DNA of 64,000 nucleotides from an uncultured Desulfatitalea sp. (GTDB taxonomy: Bacteria > Desulfobacterota > Desulfobacteria > Desulfobacterales > Desulfosarcinaceae): contig CAXXMB010000002.1 in NCBI GenBank assembly GCA_963668675.2, positions 128,001 through 192,000 of the forward strand. Reading direction: 5' to 3'. Both the position numbers and the translations under genes were made by a program. The notes below the pieces were generated by a model, which was not told the DNA's origin, searched no databases, and saw only the letters and a list, made by a program, of their open reading frames with translations. Positions 11,337-21,848 of this stretch are shown here, piece after piece. The first letter of the stretch is position 1. Each line of letters begins with the position of its first letter.

Positions 11337-12553
11337 CGGGTCTCGCTCTTTTGGGTATCGACAGAGGGCTGCTCGGGAAGGGCCATCTCCTCGGCGGGGA
11401 TGGAGATGCGGGCGCCGTCACTCACCATTTGCTGCCCCAAGGTGACGACCCGTCCGGTCAACCCCTCCCCTTCTACCTGTACGCGCCTGCCTTCGCGGAT
11501 TCCCACCTTAACCTCCCGCCACTTCACTGAGGCGCCGTCGTCTGCGACGATAAAAACACCGCTGCGGTCATTTCGGAGGGTCACCGCCTGTTGCGGGACA
11601 ATGGTGGCTTCGGTTACCCGGCCCAGTTCCACGCTGGCGCTGATGAACATGCCCGGCTTAAGGCGATGCATCGGGTTTTCAATACGCATTTCGACCCTCG
11701 CCTGGCGGGAGGATACACGGAAGACGGGTGCAATGCGCTCAATACAGCCGGAGAATATCTCACCTGGAAAGGCGTCGGTCACCAGGGCGACCTCCTGACC
11801 GGAACTCATGCGGGCATAGTCTTTTTCGGTCACATAGATAATACCCACAATAGGGTTCAGCTCGACAATCAGGAACAACGGGGCGTTGGCAGTTACCGTC
11901 TGGCCTTCGTCCACATAGCGTTCGGCCACAACGCGATGGTCATCGCCACCGGTCCACCCTGCCGTTACCTTGGTGTAACCAAGTCGTATGTTGGCTGTTT
12001 GCAAGGAGGATTCAGCTTTGGCAACCTGGGCCTGTGCCACTTTCAGTTGCGCCTGTTTGGCCAGCTGCTCCTGGCGCACTGCATCATATTGCGAATCGGA
12101 CGCAATACCACGCTTTAGCAGCGACTCCGTACGCTTAAACTCGCGTTTGGCGATCTCATAAGCACTTTCAGCCTCGGATTGGTTGGCACGGGCCACATCC
12201 AGGTCCGCTTGAGACTGGGCAACCGCCTGAACATACTCTTCATTGTCTAGTTCAGCCACCACTTGACCCCGCGCCACGCTATCTGCAATATTCACCAGCA
12301 TGCGTTCCACGCGGCCGCTCACCTTGGGTGCCGCCAAAAATTGAGCCGTTGCTTCCAGCTCACCACTGAAAGTTCGCCGCATGGCGATGGGACCGTGCTG
12401 AATTGGGGCAACCGCCACCGGTATCGGACGAAGCGCCTTGCCACTGTTGCCATCCGTCCGGTCCTGAAGCAAACTGGTCATCCACCACCCCAGAACTGCC
12501 ATCGAAATCAAAAGGAGTGCAAGAATAACGATTTTAGGAGCACCCGGTTTCAT
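11333..12553 (-). CDS. RND efflux periplasmic adaptor (membrane fusion protein)
   Basis: N-terminal anchor, PKVSGRV lipoyl-like half, coiled coil, LKPGMF; overlaps the permease start by 4 nt. Confidence 0.95.
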   Translation of the reverse strand: MKPGAPKIVILALLLISMAVLGWWMTSLLQDRTDGNSGKALRPIPVAVAPIQHGPIAMRRTFSGELEATAQFLAAPKVSGRVERMLVNIADSVARGQVVAELDNEEYVQAVAQSQADLDVARANQSEAESAYEIAKREFKRTESLLKRGIASDSQYDAVRQEQLAKQAQLKVAQAQVAKAESSLQTANIRLGYTKVTAGWTGGDDHRVVAERYVDEGQTVTANAPLFLIVELNPIVGIIYVTEKDYARMSSGQEVALVTDAFPGEIFSGCIERIAPVFRVSSRQARVEMRIENPMHRLKPGMFISASVELGRVTEATIVPQQAVTLRNDRSGVFIVADDGASVKWREVKVGIREGRRVQVEGEGLTGRVVTLGQQMVSDGARISIPAEEMALPEQPSVDTQKSETR

Positions 12554-12682
12554 GCTAAATTGATCCTTCCGTTTCCTTCGAATTTGAACAATGCGATCTT
12601 GGTACTATATGGGCTTTTCTCAGAAATAGATGACATTGCACGGTTCTGCCCGTTATTGCAAAGAAAAAGTGGAAGGTTCGTT

Positions 12683-14263
12683 ATGAAGCGTTATACCGGA
12701 TATCACCTGCGAATGACCGCATTGCACGTCTGCCTGTTGTGGATCGTGCCGATATGCTTCATAGGGCCCTTACAGGAAGCATATGCGGAACCCTCCACCT
12801 TAGCCACTGCGCCTGCCACCCGCCCGGGCCCCTTGAAAATCACAGTTGCGCAGGCAGTACTGCTCAGTTTGGAAAACAATCGATCTCTCTCCGTTCAGCG
12901 GTTAAATCCAGAGATCCAACAGACCCTGGAGGACCAGGAAAAAGCAGCATTCGACCCGGAACTGAGTGCAACGCTCACTGCAGAACGTGTGGAAGGCGAA
13001 CGCCTGGCCCGATCCGGATCGGAAACCGAAGCGTTCACCACCGATACGGCTGAAGGGCTCATCTCCCTGTCGCAATACTTTCCAACCGGCACCACGGTAA
13101 CCCTGGAAGCCGGTACGGAAATGACCGACTCTTCGCTTTACGAAGACAGCTTCTACGAAACACGCCTGGGCATGACGGTAAATCAAGCCCTGTTGAAAGG
13201 CATCGGCAGGGATGTAAATTTGGTCAGACTTCGCCAGGCCCGCATCGACACCCTCATGTCGGAATACGAACTGCGCGGGTTCTCCGAAGCGATAGTGGCA
13301 GAGGTGGAGCGCACCTACTGGGACTATGCGCTGTCGCAACGCCAGATAGAGATTGTCAAGGAGTCGCTGAATGTGGCCCACCAGCAACTCGACGAAACCG
13401 AAGCGCTTATAGCCGTGGGAAGACTCGCCAGATCGGAACTGGCGGCGGTCCAGGCCGAAGTGGCCTCCCAGGAACAAGCCTTGATCGAGGCTCGCGCCAA
13501 TAGGGAATCCATCAAATTAGGGCTGTTGCGCCTTCTGAATCCTGCCGGACCGAGGCTCTGGCAGCGGGAAATCGAATTGATCTACCAGCCGACGCTGCCT
13601 GAAATCAAACTTGAGCCAGTGGAGCAGCATGTAGCCGTATCCATAAGGATGCGCCCTGTTTTAAATCAGACCCGACTGGAAATTCAGCGCGGTGATCTGG
13701 AACTGGTCAAAACCCGGAACGGATTGCTTCCCAGGCTGGATCTTTTTGTCTCCCTGGGCAAAAGCGGATATGCCAATTCATTCGGCAGTTCCGTCAACCA
13801 TATCGACGAAGACAGCTACGATGCCCAGGCGGGTCTGACGTTTCATCTACCGGTATTCAACCGGGATGCCAAAGCGGTCCACAGAAGGGCTTTGCTCAGT
13901 CGCGAGCAAATGCAAAAGGCACTGGAAAATATCAGTCAGCTGGTAGAGGTCGATGTCCGAACCGCCTATATCAACGTCAACCGGACCAAGCAGCAGATCG
14001 CCGCATCATCGGTTACCCGGAATTTCGACGAAGAAAAATGGCGCACTGAAACAGAGAAGCTGCGGGTGGGCAAATCGACCAGTTTTCTTGTGGCGCAGGC
14101 CCAGCGAGATCTTCTGGCCAGCCGGATCGCCGAAGTTCGCGCGCTTGTCAACTACATCAAAGCATTGATCGATCTTTATCGGCTGGACGGATCACTGCTC
14201 GAACGTCGCGGCATCTCCGCTCCCGGGCGGGACCCGGTGCAATTAAAAGAAAGGATGGAATGA
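12683..14263 (+). CDS. TolC-family outer membrane efflux protein
   Basis: AVLLSLENN, LLPRLDL, helical repeats ending LIDLYRLDGSLL; divergent from the adaptor. Start trimmed to MKRYT at 12683. Confidence 0.92.
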   Translation: MKRYTGYHLRMTALHVCLLWIVPICFIGPLQEAYAEPSTLATAPATRPGPLKITVAQAVLLSLENNRSLSVQRLNPEIQQTLEDQEKAAFDPELSATLTAERVEGERLARSGSETEAFTTDTAEGLISLSQYFPTGTTVTLEAGTEMTDSSLYEDSFYETRLGMTVNQALLKGIGRDVNLVRLRQARIDTLMSEYELRGFSEAIVAEVERTYWDYALSQRQIEIVKESLNVAHQQLDETEALIAVGRLARSELAAVQAEVASQEQALIEARANRESIKLGLLRLLNPAGPRLWQREIELIYQPTLPEIKLEPVEQHVAVSIRMRPVLNQTRLEIQRGDLELVKTRNGLLPRLDLFVSLGKSGYANSFGSSVNHIDEDSYDAQAGLTFHLPVFNRDAKAVHRRALLSREQMQKALENISQLVEVDVRTAYINVNRTKQQIAASSVTRNFDEEKWRTETEKLRVGKSTSFLVAQAQRDLLASRIAEVRALVNYIKALIDLYRLDGSLLERRGISAPGRDPVQLKERME

Positions 14264-14706
14264 TGGCTGCAGATAATGACAAAATTGATGAGAAGCTGAC
14301 GCACCTCGGCGATGGCCTGTTGCCGGGAATGTTTGGTATCGAAGTGATATCAGTCGAACCGGGATCGGCACGGATGCGGATGAGCATCAGGCGCGATATG
14401 CTGGCACCCAACGGCTTTTTACATGCCGCTTCGATCATTGCCCTGGCCGACACAGCCGCAGGCTACGGCACGGTCGGCAATCTGCCCGATGGGGCCAAGG
14501 CCTTTACGACCATTGAGTTGAAAAGCAATTTTACCGGCACAGCCCGGGAAGGTACGCTGGTTTGTCATGCCAAAGCGGTCCACAGCGGCCGGATGACACA
14601 GGTATGGGATGCCCAGGTCACCCACTTGGAGACCGGTAAGACAATCGCCCATTTCCGCTGCTCACAGATGATTCTTTTCGAGGGCCTCGACGAGTGTCTG
14701 ACCTGA
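14260..14706 (+). CDS. PaaI-family hotdog thioesterase
   Basis: NGFLHAASIIALADTAAG, TIELKSNF, HSGRMTQVWDA. Confidence 0.93.
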   Translation: MMAADNDKIDEKLTHLGDGLLPGMFGIEVISVEPGSARMRMSIRRDMLAPNGFLHAASIIALADTAAGYGTVGNLPDGAKAFTTIELKSNFTGTAREGTLVCHAKAVHSGRMTQVWDAQVTHLETGKTIAHFRCSQMILFEGLDECLT

Positions 14707-14734
14707 ACCGGCATTGCCGCATCGGCCCGAAAGG

Positions 14735-15544
14735 CTATTTCAGGAAACGCTTCAGAAAGCGAATCACGTCGCCGATCACCTCTTCTTTGTTGGTCTCGTT
14801 GAAGACCTCATGCATGGCGCCGGGGTAGATCTTCTCTTCGTAAACAGTGCCCCGCAGGTGTTCGATCATGGGGCGTGTCCCATCCACAGGTACGAGCATA
14901 TCCGACTCGCCGTGAATCCACAGCAGGGGCAACTCGCCCAGGGAGGGGCCGGCCTCGACCGCCGCCATGGTGGTCGTCATCGCCTCCAGGGTCCGGCGAT
15001 GGAATGCGCCGTGCCAGACCAGGGGATCTTCGGCATAGGCCGCCCCCACCGAAGGATCGCGGGAGAGAACATTGGGATCCAGTGGGATCTCCGGAATCGG
15101 ATCCATGGCCATGAGCTGCTTCAGCGCCTCACGGGCGCCGAACATGGGACCGGAGAGCACCAGGGCAGACAGCTCACCGCCATGATGCTGGGCGTATCGT
15201 CCGGCGACCATGCCGCCCATGGAGTGGCCGATGAGTACCATGGGCACTGCCGGATAGGTTTGGCTGATCTTAACCGCTACCTCATGCAGATCCTCCACAA
15301 CGCGTTCGAAATCCTTGATCAGCGCCCTCTCGCCTTCTGAGCGGCCGTGGCCCTCATGGTCCAGCCCTGTGACTGCGGCGCCGGCCTGCCGCAAAGCATC
15401 GGCCACATGGTCATAGCGAGCGATGTGCTCCCCGTAGCCATGGCACAGCAGCGCGATCCACCCGGCCGTCTCATTGGGCCACTCCCTCACGTATCGGCTT
15501 CTTCCCTGAACGCTCTGCAGGGTCCACTCTTTCACTGATGCCAT
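14735..15544 (-). CDS. Alpha/beta hydrolase (lysophospholipase/monoacylglycerol lipase-like)
   Basis: HGYGEH, DHEGHGRS, GHSMGG nucleophile elbow, HGESD, HEVFNE. Confidence 0.94.
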   Translation of the reverse strand: MASVKEWTLQSVQGRSRYVREWPNETAGWIALLCHGYGEHIARYDHVADALRQAGAAVTGLDHEGHGRSEGERALIKDFERVVEDLHEVAVKISQTYPAVPMVLIGHSMGGMVAGRYAQHHGGELSALVLSGPMFGAREALKQLMAMDPIPEIPLDPNVLSRDPSVGAAYAEDPLVWHGAFHRRTLEAMTTTMAAVEAGPSLGELPLLWIHGESDMLVPVDGTRPMIEHLRGTVYEEKIYPGAMHEVFNETNKEEVIGDVIRFLKRFLK

Positions 15545-15579
15545 CTTCCCCCCCTTGTTGGATCTGCAATGCAAGCGAT

Positions 15580-16491
15580 CTATTTGCCGGCAAGCGGTGT
15601 CATATACTGGAAGATATCAGCCCCGCTTGCATGGGGTTTGGTCTCATCCAGACTGGAGATCTGTTCGAAATGATCCCGAATCTCCTCTGGCGCGATCTCC
15701 CGTGTTCCGTCGCCGATACACGCCCCATTGCCGGAAACCACTGCGGTGCGTGCGTACCATCCTGCGCCCATGGCAAAGGTCATCCCGCTGGCACTGTTCT
15801 CCTCTGAGGCCAGGTAGAGGACCATCGGAGCGTTGAACTGCGGATTGAGTTTCTTTTCGAACTCGGGCGGAAAGATATCACTCGTCATTCTCGAGTAGGC
15901 GGTGGGTGCGACCGTGTTTACCTTGATATTGTAATTGGCAATCTCCAGTTTAAGCGTGTTCATGATGCCGACCAGGCCCATTTTGGCAGCGCCGTAGTTG
16001 CACTGCCCGAAATTGCCGTAGAGACCCGATGTGGACGAGGTGAAGATCACCCGTCCATAGTTGGCGGCCTTCATCAGCCGAACCGCCGGCTGGGTGACGC
16101 AGAAGGCGCCTTTGAGGTGAACCGCGATCACCAGATCCCACTCCTCTTCAGACATCTTCAAAAAGGATTTGTCGCGCAGGATGCCGGCGTTGTTGATCAG
16201 GATATCCACCTTTCCGAAGGCGTCGACCGCCGTTTGCACAATGTTGGCGCCCCCCTGCATGGTGGCCACGGAATCATAATTGGCAACGGCTTGTCCGCCA
16301 GCCGCCTTGATCTCGTCAACGACCGTATCGGCCGCAGACTGGTCTGAACCGGCACCATCCCGGGCACCTCCCAGATCATTGACAACCACTTGGGCGCCTC
16401 TGGCAGCCAACTCCAACGCATACATCCGTCCGATCCCCTGCCCGGCGCCGGTAACAATTGCAACTCTTCCATCAAAACTGATTTCCGCCAT
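15580..16491 (-). CDS. SDR, MFE-2-like 3-hydroxyacyl-CoA dehydrogenase
   Basis: TGAGQGIG, VVVNDLGG, NNAGILRD, GNFGQCNYGAAK. Confidence 0.92.
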   Translation of the reverse strand: MAEISFDGRVAIVTGAGQGIGRMYALELAARGAQVVVNDLGGARDGAGSDQSAADTVVDEIKAAGGQAVANYDSVATMQGGANIVQTAVDAFGKVDILINNAGILRDKSFLKMSEEEWDLVIAVHLKGAFCVTQPAVRLMKAANYGRVIFTSSTSGLYGNFGQCNYGAAKMGLVGIMNTLKLEIANYNIKVNTVAPTAYSRMTSDIFPPEFEKKLNPQFNAPMVLYLASEENSASGMTFAMGAGWYARTAVVSGNGACIGDGTREIAPEEIRDHFEQISSLDETKPHASGADIFQYMTPLAGK

Positions 16492-16995
16492 GCTGCACTC
16501 CTTTTTCTCCTGATCGTTTCTCTTTACCGATGTTGAGAGACCGCATCGATACTTCAATTTTCGGTCTTAAACCGCATTTCAAAGCATATTTGGATTTAAC
16601 TGAAAAGCATCCGGGTGTCCACCTCTTATTATTCAACCTCGGTCCATCATTCCGGATTCGCCAGTTGAAAAAACCGGGGGATAAGTCGCCATCTTCCCGT
16701 GCGATGGACTCCATTTTGAATAGCTGCAAATACCGTCATATGCCGAGGCGATTGACAATCCATAAGCTTGGCCGTAGGTGATGCTTTGCAAAAATTACTT
16801 GTCAACTTGCTACAGAGGCGTTTATAAATCACGAACTCCAACAGAAAATTCAACTTGCGATCAATTCTGCAGCCCCGTGATATCACTCAACCGGACCTCT
16901 CTATTCGATCTCCATATAAGCGATGAGACGGCAGCGGCCGCTGCCGCCGCCAAAAATTATTTTCCCTGCTTTCCCTTGGTTCAAGGAGGTGACTT

Positions 16996-18732
16996 GTGAT
17001 TCATCAATTCGACACCGTGATTGTCGGCTCTGGCGGCGCAGGTCTCTATGCCGCATTGGAAGCCAGCCAGCGGTCACGAACAGCCGTCCTTTCCAAACTC
17101 TATCCGATCCGAAGCCACACCGGCGCAGCTCAGGGAGGTATCAGCGCCGCACTTGGCAATGTCGAAGAGGACAAGCCCGAATGGCACGCGTTCGACACGG
17201 TCAAAGGCGGCGATTACCTGGTCGACCAGCAGGCCGCCAAGATCTTATCCGAAGAGGCAATCCAGGCGGTTTACGACCTGGAGAACCGCGGATTGCCATT
17301 CAACCGCACCCCCGAAGGGCGCATCGACCAGCGCCGCTTCGGCGGGCATACACGCAATTTCGGGGAAGCACCGGTCAAACGCGCCTGCTATGCAGCCGAC
17401 CGCACCGGCCACATGATTCTACAAACCCTCTACCAGCAATGCATCAAGAACAAGGTCTCGTTTTTCGACGAGTATCAGGTGGTGGACCTGATCATAGACG
17501 GCGACACATGCAAAGGTGCGGTGGCGGTTCAGCTCTCCACCGGCGATCTGCACATCCTGGCGGCCAAAGCCGTGCTCTTTGCCACCGGCGGCTTCGGCCG
17601 CATGTTTAAAATCACCTCCAATGCCTTCGCCAATACCGGTGATGGCCCGGCTGTCTGTGCGCGGCGTGGGATACCACTGCAGGACATGGAATTTTTTCAG
17701 TTCCATCCCACGGGCATCATGGGGTTGGGTATTTTGATTTCCGAGGCGGTGCGCGGTGAGGGCGGCATTTTGCGCAACCGGGACGGCGAGCGCTTCATGG
17801 AGCGTTACACGCCCACTTTGCTCGATCTGGCTCCCCGCGATATCGTCGCCCGCTCGATTATGACCGAGGTTCGCGACGGCAAGGGAATTCGTGGCGATCG
17901 CAAGATCGACGACTATGTGCATCTGGATGCCACCCATTTGGGCAAAGAGACACTGCTCAGCAAGCTGCCGGATATCACCAGTTTCTGCAAAACCTATTTA
18001 GGGATCGACCCGGCTGACGCCCCCATTCCGGTGCTGCCCACCGCCCACTACGCCATGGGTGGCATTCCTACCGACACCCATGGCCGGGTGCTCTGCGACA
18101 GCGAAGGCACCGTGGTCCACGGGCTCTATGCGGCTGGAGAATGCGCCTGCGTATCGGTGCACGGTGCCAACCGGTTGGGCACCAACAGCCTCCTCGACCT
18201 GGTGGTGTTTGGACGGCGCGCCGGACAGCACATCGGCGACTATGTCAAGCAGGCCGACGCCCCCGAAGTCAAAGAAGCGGATGCTGAAACTGCACAGGCC
18301 TGGATCAACCGCTTGACGGATGGCCAATCCGGCCCCCACGGCGGGCACATCAGCGAAGAGATGCAGACAACCATGATGGAGAAGGTGGGCATCTACCGCA
18401 ACGCCGGCGACATGCAATCGGCACTGGAGACCATTCAATCCCTTCGAGAACGCTACCAAACCGTCCGCGTCCAGGACACCAGCAAGCAGTTCAATACCGA
18501 CCTGCTTGAAGTGATCGAACTGGGCAACCTGTTGGATCTCTCCTTGATCACCGCGGCATCGGCGCTCAACCGACAGGAGAGTCGTGGTGCCCATAGCAGG
18601 GAAGACTTTCCGGAGAGAAATGACGATGGGTGGCTCAAACACACCCTCGCACACCTGGAAAACGACACGGTGCGCATCGACTACAAGCCGGTGGACATCT
18701 CCATCTGGAAGCCGAAACCGCGCACCTATTAA
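16996..18732 (+). CDS. sdhA: Succinate dehydrogenase/fumarate reductase flavoprotein subunit
   Basis: [16 protein letters not shown] (covalent FAD His), [42 protein letters not shown]. Confidence 0.97.
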   Translation: MIHQFDTVIVGSGGAGLYAALEASQRSRTAVLSKLYPIRSHTGAAQGGISAALGNVEEDKPEWHAFDTVKGGDYLVDQQAAKILSEEAIQAVYDLENRGLPFNRTPEGRIDQRRFGGHTRNFGEAPVKRACYAADRTGHMILQTLYQQCIKNKVSFFDEYQVVDLIIDGDTCKGAVAVQLSTGDLHILAAKAVLFATGGFGRMFKITSNAFANTGDGPAVCARRGIPLQDMEFFQFHPTGIMGLGILISEAVRGEGGILRNRDGERFMERYTPTLLDLAPRDIVARSIMTEVRDGKGIRGDRKIDDYVHLDATHLGKETLLSKLPDITSFCKTYLGIDPADAPIPVLPTAHYAMGGIPTDTHGRVLCDSEGTVVHGLYAAGECACVSVHGANRLGTNSLLDLVVFGRRAGQHIGDYVKQADAPEVKEADAETAQAWINRLTDGQSGPHGGHISEEMQTTMMEKVGIYRNAGDMQSALETIQSLRERYQTVRVQDTSKQFNTDLLEVIELGNLLDLSLITAASALNRQESRGAHSREDFPERNDDGWLKHTLAHLENDTVRIDYKPVDISIWKPKPRTY

Positions 18733-18774
18733 TTGGCCAAGCACGCCTTTGGGCAGACACATAAGGAGTGACCG

Positions 18775-19491
18775 ATGAAAATCATACTCAAAGTGCAACG
18801 ATATAATCCGGAAATCGATGACCAGCCCTATTTCCAGGAGTACGCGCTCGAAGCCAATCCCAACGAGCGCCTTTTGGATGCGTTGATGAACGTCAAACGT
18901 TTTCAAGATGGCAGTTTGGGATTTCGCAAGAGCTGCGCCCATGGGGTGTGTGGCTCGGACGCCATGCGCATCAACGGCAAGGATGGTTTGGCGTGCAAAA
19001 CCTTGATCAAAGAGGTGGCCCGAAAGGATGGGGACACCATTACCGTGGAGCCACTTCGCTACCTGCCGGTGCAGCGCGATCTGATTGTAGACCAGAATGA
19101 CTTTTTTGAGCGCTACAGATCGGTCAAACCCTTTTTAATCAACGATGGGCCCGTGGAAGAGAAAGAGCGCCTCCAAAGCCAGGAAGAGCGCATGCTTTTT
19201 GATGACACCACCAATTGCATTCTATGCGCTTCTTGCTATTCGGCCTGTCCGATACCGGAGAAGATTCCCGCCTTTATCGGTCCAGCGGCCATCGCCCAGG
19301 CCTTCCGCTTTTTAGCCGACAGCCGGGACCGGGGCATGGCGGACCGACTTCCCGCGCTGGATCGACCCGATGGCGTTTGGGCCTGCGAGAACCATTTTGA
19401 ATGCACCAAATGCTGCCCGCGGTCGATTCTGATCACCAAACGCATCAACCAGACCAAGAAGATGATCGAAAAGCACAAATCCACAAGATGA
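18775..19491 (+). CDS. sdhB: Succinate dehydrogenase/fumarate reductase iron-sulfur subunit
   Basis: SCAHGVCGSD, CILCASCYSACP, CENHFECTKCCP cluster motifs. Confidence 0.96.
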   Translation: MKIILKVQRYNPEIDDQPYFQEYALEANPNERLLDALMNVKRFQDGSLGFRKSCAHGVCGSDAMRINGKDGLACKTLIKEVARKDGDTITVEPLRYLPVQRDLIVDQNDFFERYRSVKPFLINDGPVEEKERLQSQEERMLFDDTTNCILCASCYSACPIPEKIPAFIGPAAIAQAFRFLADSRDRGMADRLPALDRPDGVWACENHFECTKCCPRSILITKRINQTKKMIEKHKSTR

Positions 19492-19558
19492 AAGCAAAAC
19501 ATTAGCCGACGGGACGGAATTGAAGGTGAAATAGTGAATTATTGGAGACCGGTTCCAA

Positions 19559-20077
19559 TCAGTGGGGTGTTTCAAAACTGTCCATAAACATCTCCCCGCT
19601 ATCCGGATCCCCGGGCTTCACATCAGGGTGGCTATTGATAATGCGAGCACATGAGTTCCATCTGAGCACCGCATCCTGATTGTCCGGATCACAGCCTTTC
19701 AAGGCCAGATCATAGGATTCCAGCGCCTTGGCAAACCAGCTGTAGGCCACTGCACCTGAGCCCGGTCCCCCGTGTCTCAGATGCGCTTTGGCCCGTCGCT
19801 CGTAAATGATACCCGCGTAATACGCTTTGCAATAGGCATCGTTGAGCCGCTCTGCAGTCTCGAGCGCCTTTTGGTAAGAGGGGTTCACTTCATTGGTGAA
19901 ATTGTCCGTCAGGGCCAGCAGCAATGTGATCAGTGCCTCCTGATGATCGGGCACCACCGTCAGGATATCCAGACAGATGCTTTCAGTTTCATGGGGCTCA
20001 TTGAGCAGACGATAGCGTTTCGCCAATTCAAGGGCTGAAGGAACAGATTCTGGTGAAAGGGATTTAAGATCGACCAT
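19559..20077 (-). CDS. Conserved hypothetical alpha-helical (TPR-like) protein
   Basis: AAGGAGG RBS before ATG 20077; YRLLNEP..ESICLDIL, YYAGIIYERRAKA, DAVLRWNSCAR look like conserved blocks. No function assignable. Confidence 0.75.
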   Translation of the reverse strand: MVDLKSLSPESVPSALELAKRYRLLNEPHETESICLDILTVVPDHQEALITLLLALTDNFTNEVNPSYQKALETAERLNDAYCKAYYAGIIYERRAKAHLRHGGPGSGAVAYSWFAKALESYDLALKGCDPDNQDAVLRWNSCARIINSHPDVKPGDPDSGEMFMDSFETPH

Positions 20078-20232
20078 AACCGCCTCCTTTCCAGGCCACC
20101 TTCCGGTGGCCATGACTTTGGATTTCGCTTAATGCTAAGCAGCATCCCCTGCAATGCAAGCTAAGGAAACGGTGTGAGGCCTATCGCATAATCGCCGTTC
20201 GAAATCGCACACCGGAATATCGACGTTTCGGT

Positions 20233-21753
20233 TTAGTTTCCGCCGTATTCATCTTTTACTTTTTCGCGATCGATTTTGCCTTCCTTTGTCTTTGATAGCT
20301 CTTTTACAAATATCACCTGTTTTGGTTTTTTGTAACGGGCAATACGGGCCGCCACCCAATCGATCACTTCCTGCGCCTCAACCTTTGCACCTGGTCGGCG
20401 CACGCATATGGCCTTGATAGCTTCACGCCATTGGCTGTCGGGCACACCGATGACACAAACCTCCTCGATCCCCACATGGCTGAGAATCGCTTTTTCCACC
20501 TCTGCGGGGTACACATTTTCTCCACCTGGCTTGATCAGCTCCTTTTCCGCCTTGCGTTTGATGTACCAGAGATATCCCTGTTCGTCGAACCGGCCCAGAT
20601 CTCCGGTATGGTGCCATCCGTTTCTAAATGCGTATTTCGTTTCGGATTCCAGCCCCCAATACCCGAGAAAAACAGCCGGCGACCGGACACAGATTTCGCC
20701 GACCTGGCCTGTGGGGACCTCTCGGTCGCTGTCATCAAAAATGGCCACGCGGCTGAGCAAAGACGGCCTTCCTGCGCTACCAGGCCGCTCAGCGGCGTTG
20801 CAGTTCGTTATCGCCATGGCTTCAGTTTGACCGAAAGCGCTGTAAAAAACGGCATTAGGCGCTGCCTGAAGAAACTTGAGGATGCTCTCCGGGTCTTCCA
20901 GGCCACCGATGCATAACACGCTGCTCAGGTCCGCCGGTTTCTCACCGTGCTTCTCGAGCAGCATTTTGAGCATTGGCGCAAAACATCCGAACACACTGAC
21001 GCGCTCGCGTTCGATCAACCTCAATGCTTCCGCAGCGTCGAAGCGCTCGGCTATAACATTTTTCCCTGCCTGTTGCATGACCGCCATTGCCATGGACAAA
21101 GCGCTGATATGAAAAAGCGGCAAGACACACAGATGACTGGCCTCGCCGCTGATCCCGTTTCCAGAAATGATCTGCAGATTCACGGCCATTATGTTGGCAT
21201 GGCTGAGAAGCGCTCCGCGCGGTCGGCCTTCGACAGCCGCCGTGTGGATGATGACGAAGCCGGCATCGGATGGGACGTCGAAAACCTCATCGGCACCATC
21301 GTCACAAAAAAGATCTTCGAAGGACAACACACCTTCCAAATCTGGGCTAAAAGGCATGCTGTACACGGCCTGGACGGATGCCACCGCCGAAGCCGCAGCT
21401 ACCGTGGCAGCCAGATACTCTGCTCCCGCGACAACCACTTTTGGCGTACAATCCTCCAAGACCCCCTTGATTTCTTCCTGTTGGAAACGCCAGTTCACCG
21501 GGACCATAATGGCTCCGATTTTGGCGGCAGCACCATACAGAATCAAAAAATTGTCGGAATTGTTTGCCACGACTGCGAAGCGATCCCCCTGTGCGAGGCC
21601 CGCCTTTGACAACCCTGCAGCACATCGATCGCAAGCCCGTTTATAATCGCAGTAATTAAGACAATTGTCACCGAAAACGATCGCTGTTCGATCGGGATAG
21701 AGCAACGCATTTCGACATATCATATCGTAAATCGTGAAATCATGGAGCCCCAT
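20233..21753 (-). CDS. AMP-binding acyl-CoA synthetase
   Basis: LPLFHI, FGQTE, GEICVRSP, WHHTGDLG, IKPGGENVYPAEVE, GKIDR; variant P-loop HTAAVEGRPRG. Confidence 0.93.
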   Translation of the reverse strand: MGLHDFTIYDMICRNALLYPDRTAIVFGDNCLNYCDYKRACDRCAAGLSKAGLAQGDRFAVVANNSDNFLILYGAAAKIGAIMVPVNWRFQQEEIKGVLEDCTPKVVVAGAEYLAATVAAASAVASVQAVYSMPFSPDLEGVLSFEDLFCDDGADEVFDVPSDAGFVIIHTAAVEGRPRGALLSHANIMAVNLQIISGNGISGEASHLCVLPLFHISALSMAMAVMQQAGKNVIAERFDAAEALRLIERERVSVFGCFAPMLKMLLEKHGEKPADLSSVLCIGGLEDPESILKFLQAAPNAVFYSAFGQTEAMAITNCNAAERPGSAGRPSLLSRVAIFDDSDREVPTGQVGEICVRSPAVFLGYWGLESETKYAFRNGWHHTGDLGRFDEQGYLWYIKRKAEKELIKPGGENVYPAEVEKAILSHVGIEEVCVIGVPDSQWREAIKAICVRRPGAKVEAQEVIDWVAARIARYKKPKQVIFVKELSKTKEGKIDREKVKDEYGGN

Positions 21754-21848
21754 TGTGTTCCCTTTCAATCCATTGGCGGGCCATGGCCGGAGCCGGTTTC
21801 AACAACGCTATGATTCCAGCTCCGACCGTGTTTTGTCTTCAGGCTTTA

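Noticed and set aside
12263..12682. N-terminal extensions given by the ORF track (also 3784-3951, 34207-34683, 37722-37976, 31282-31470)
   Set aside because: They overlap neighbouring genes or lack an RBS; downstream starts fit family N-termini better.
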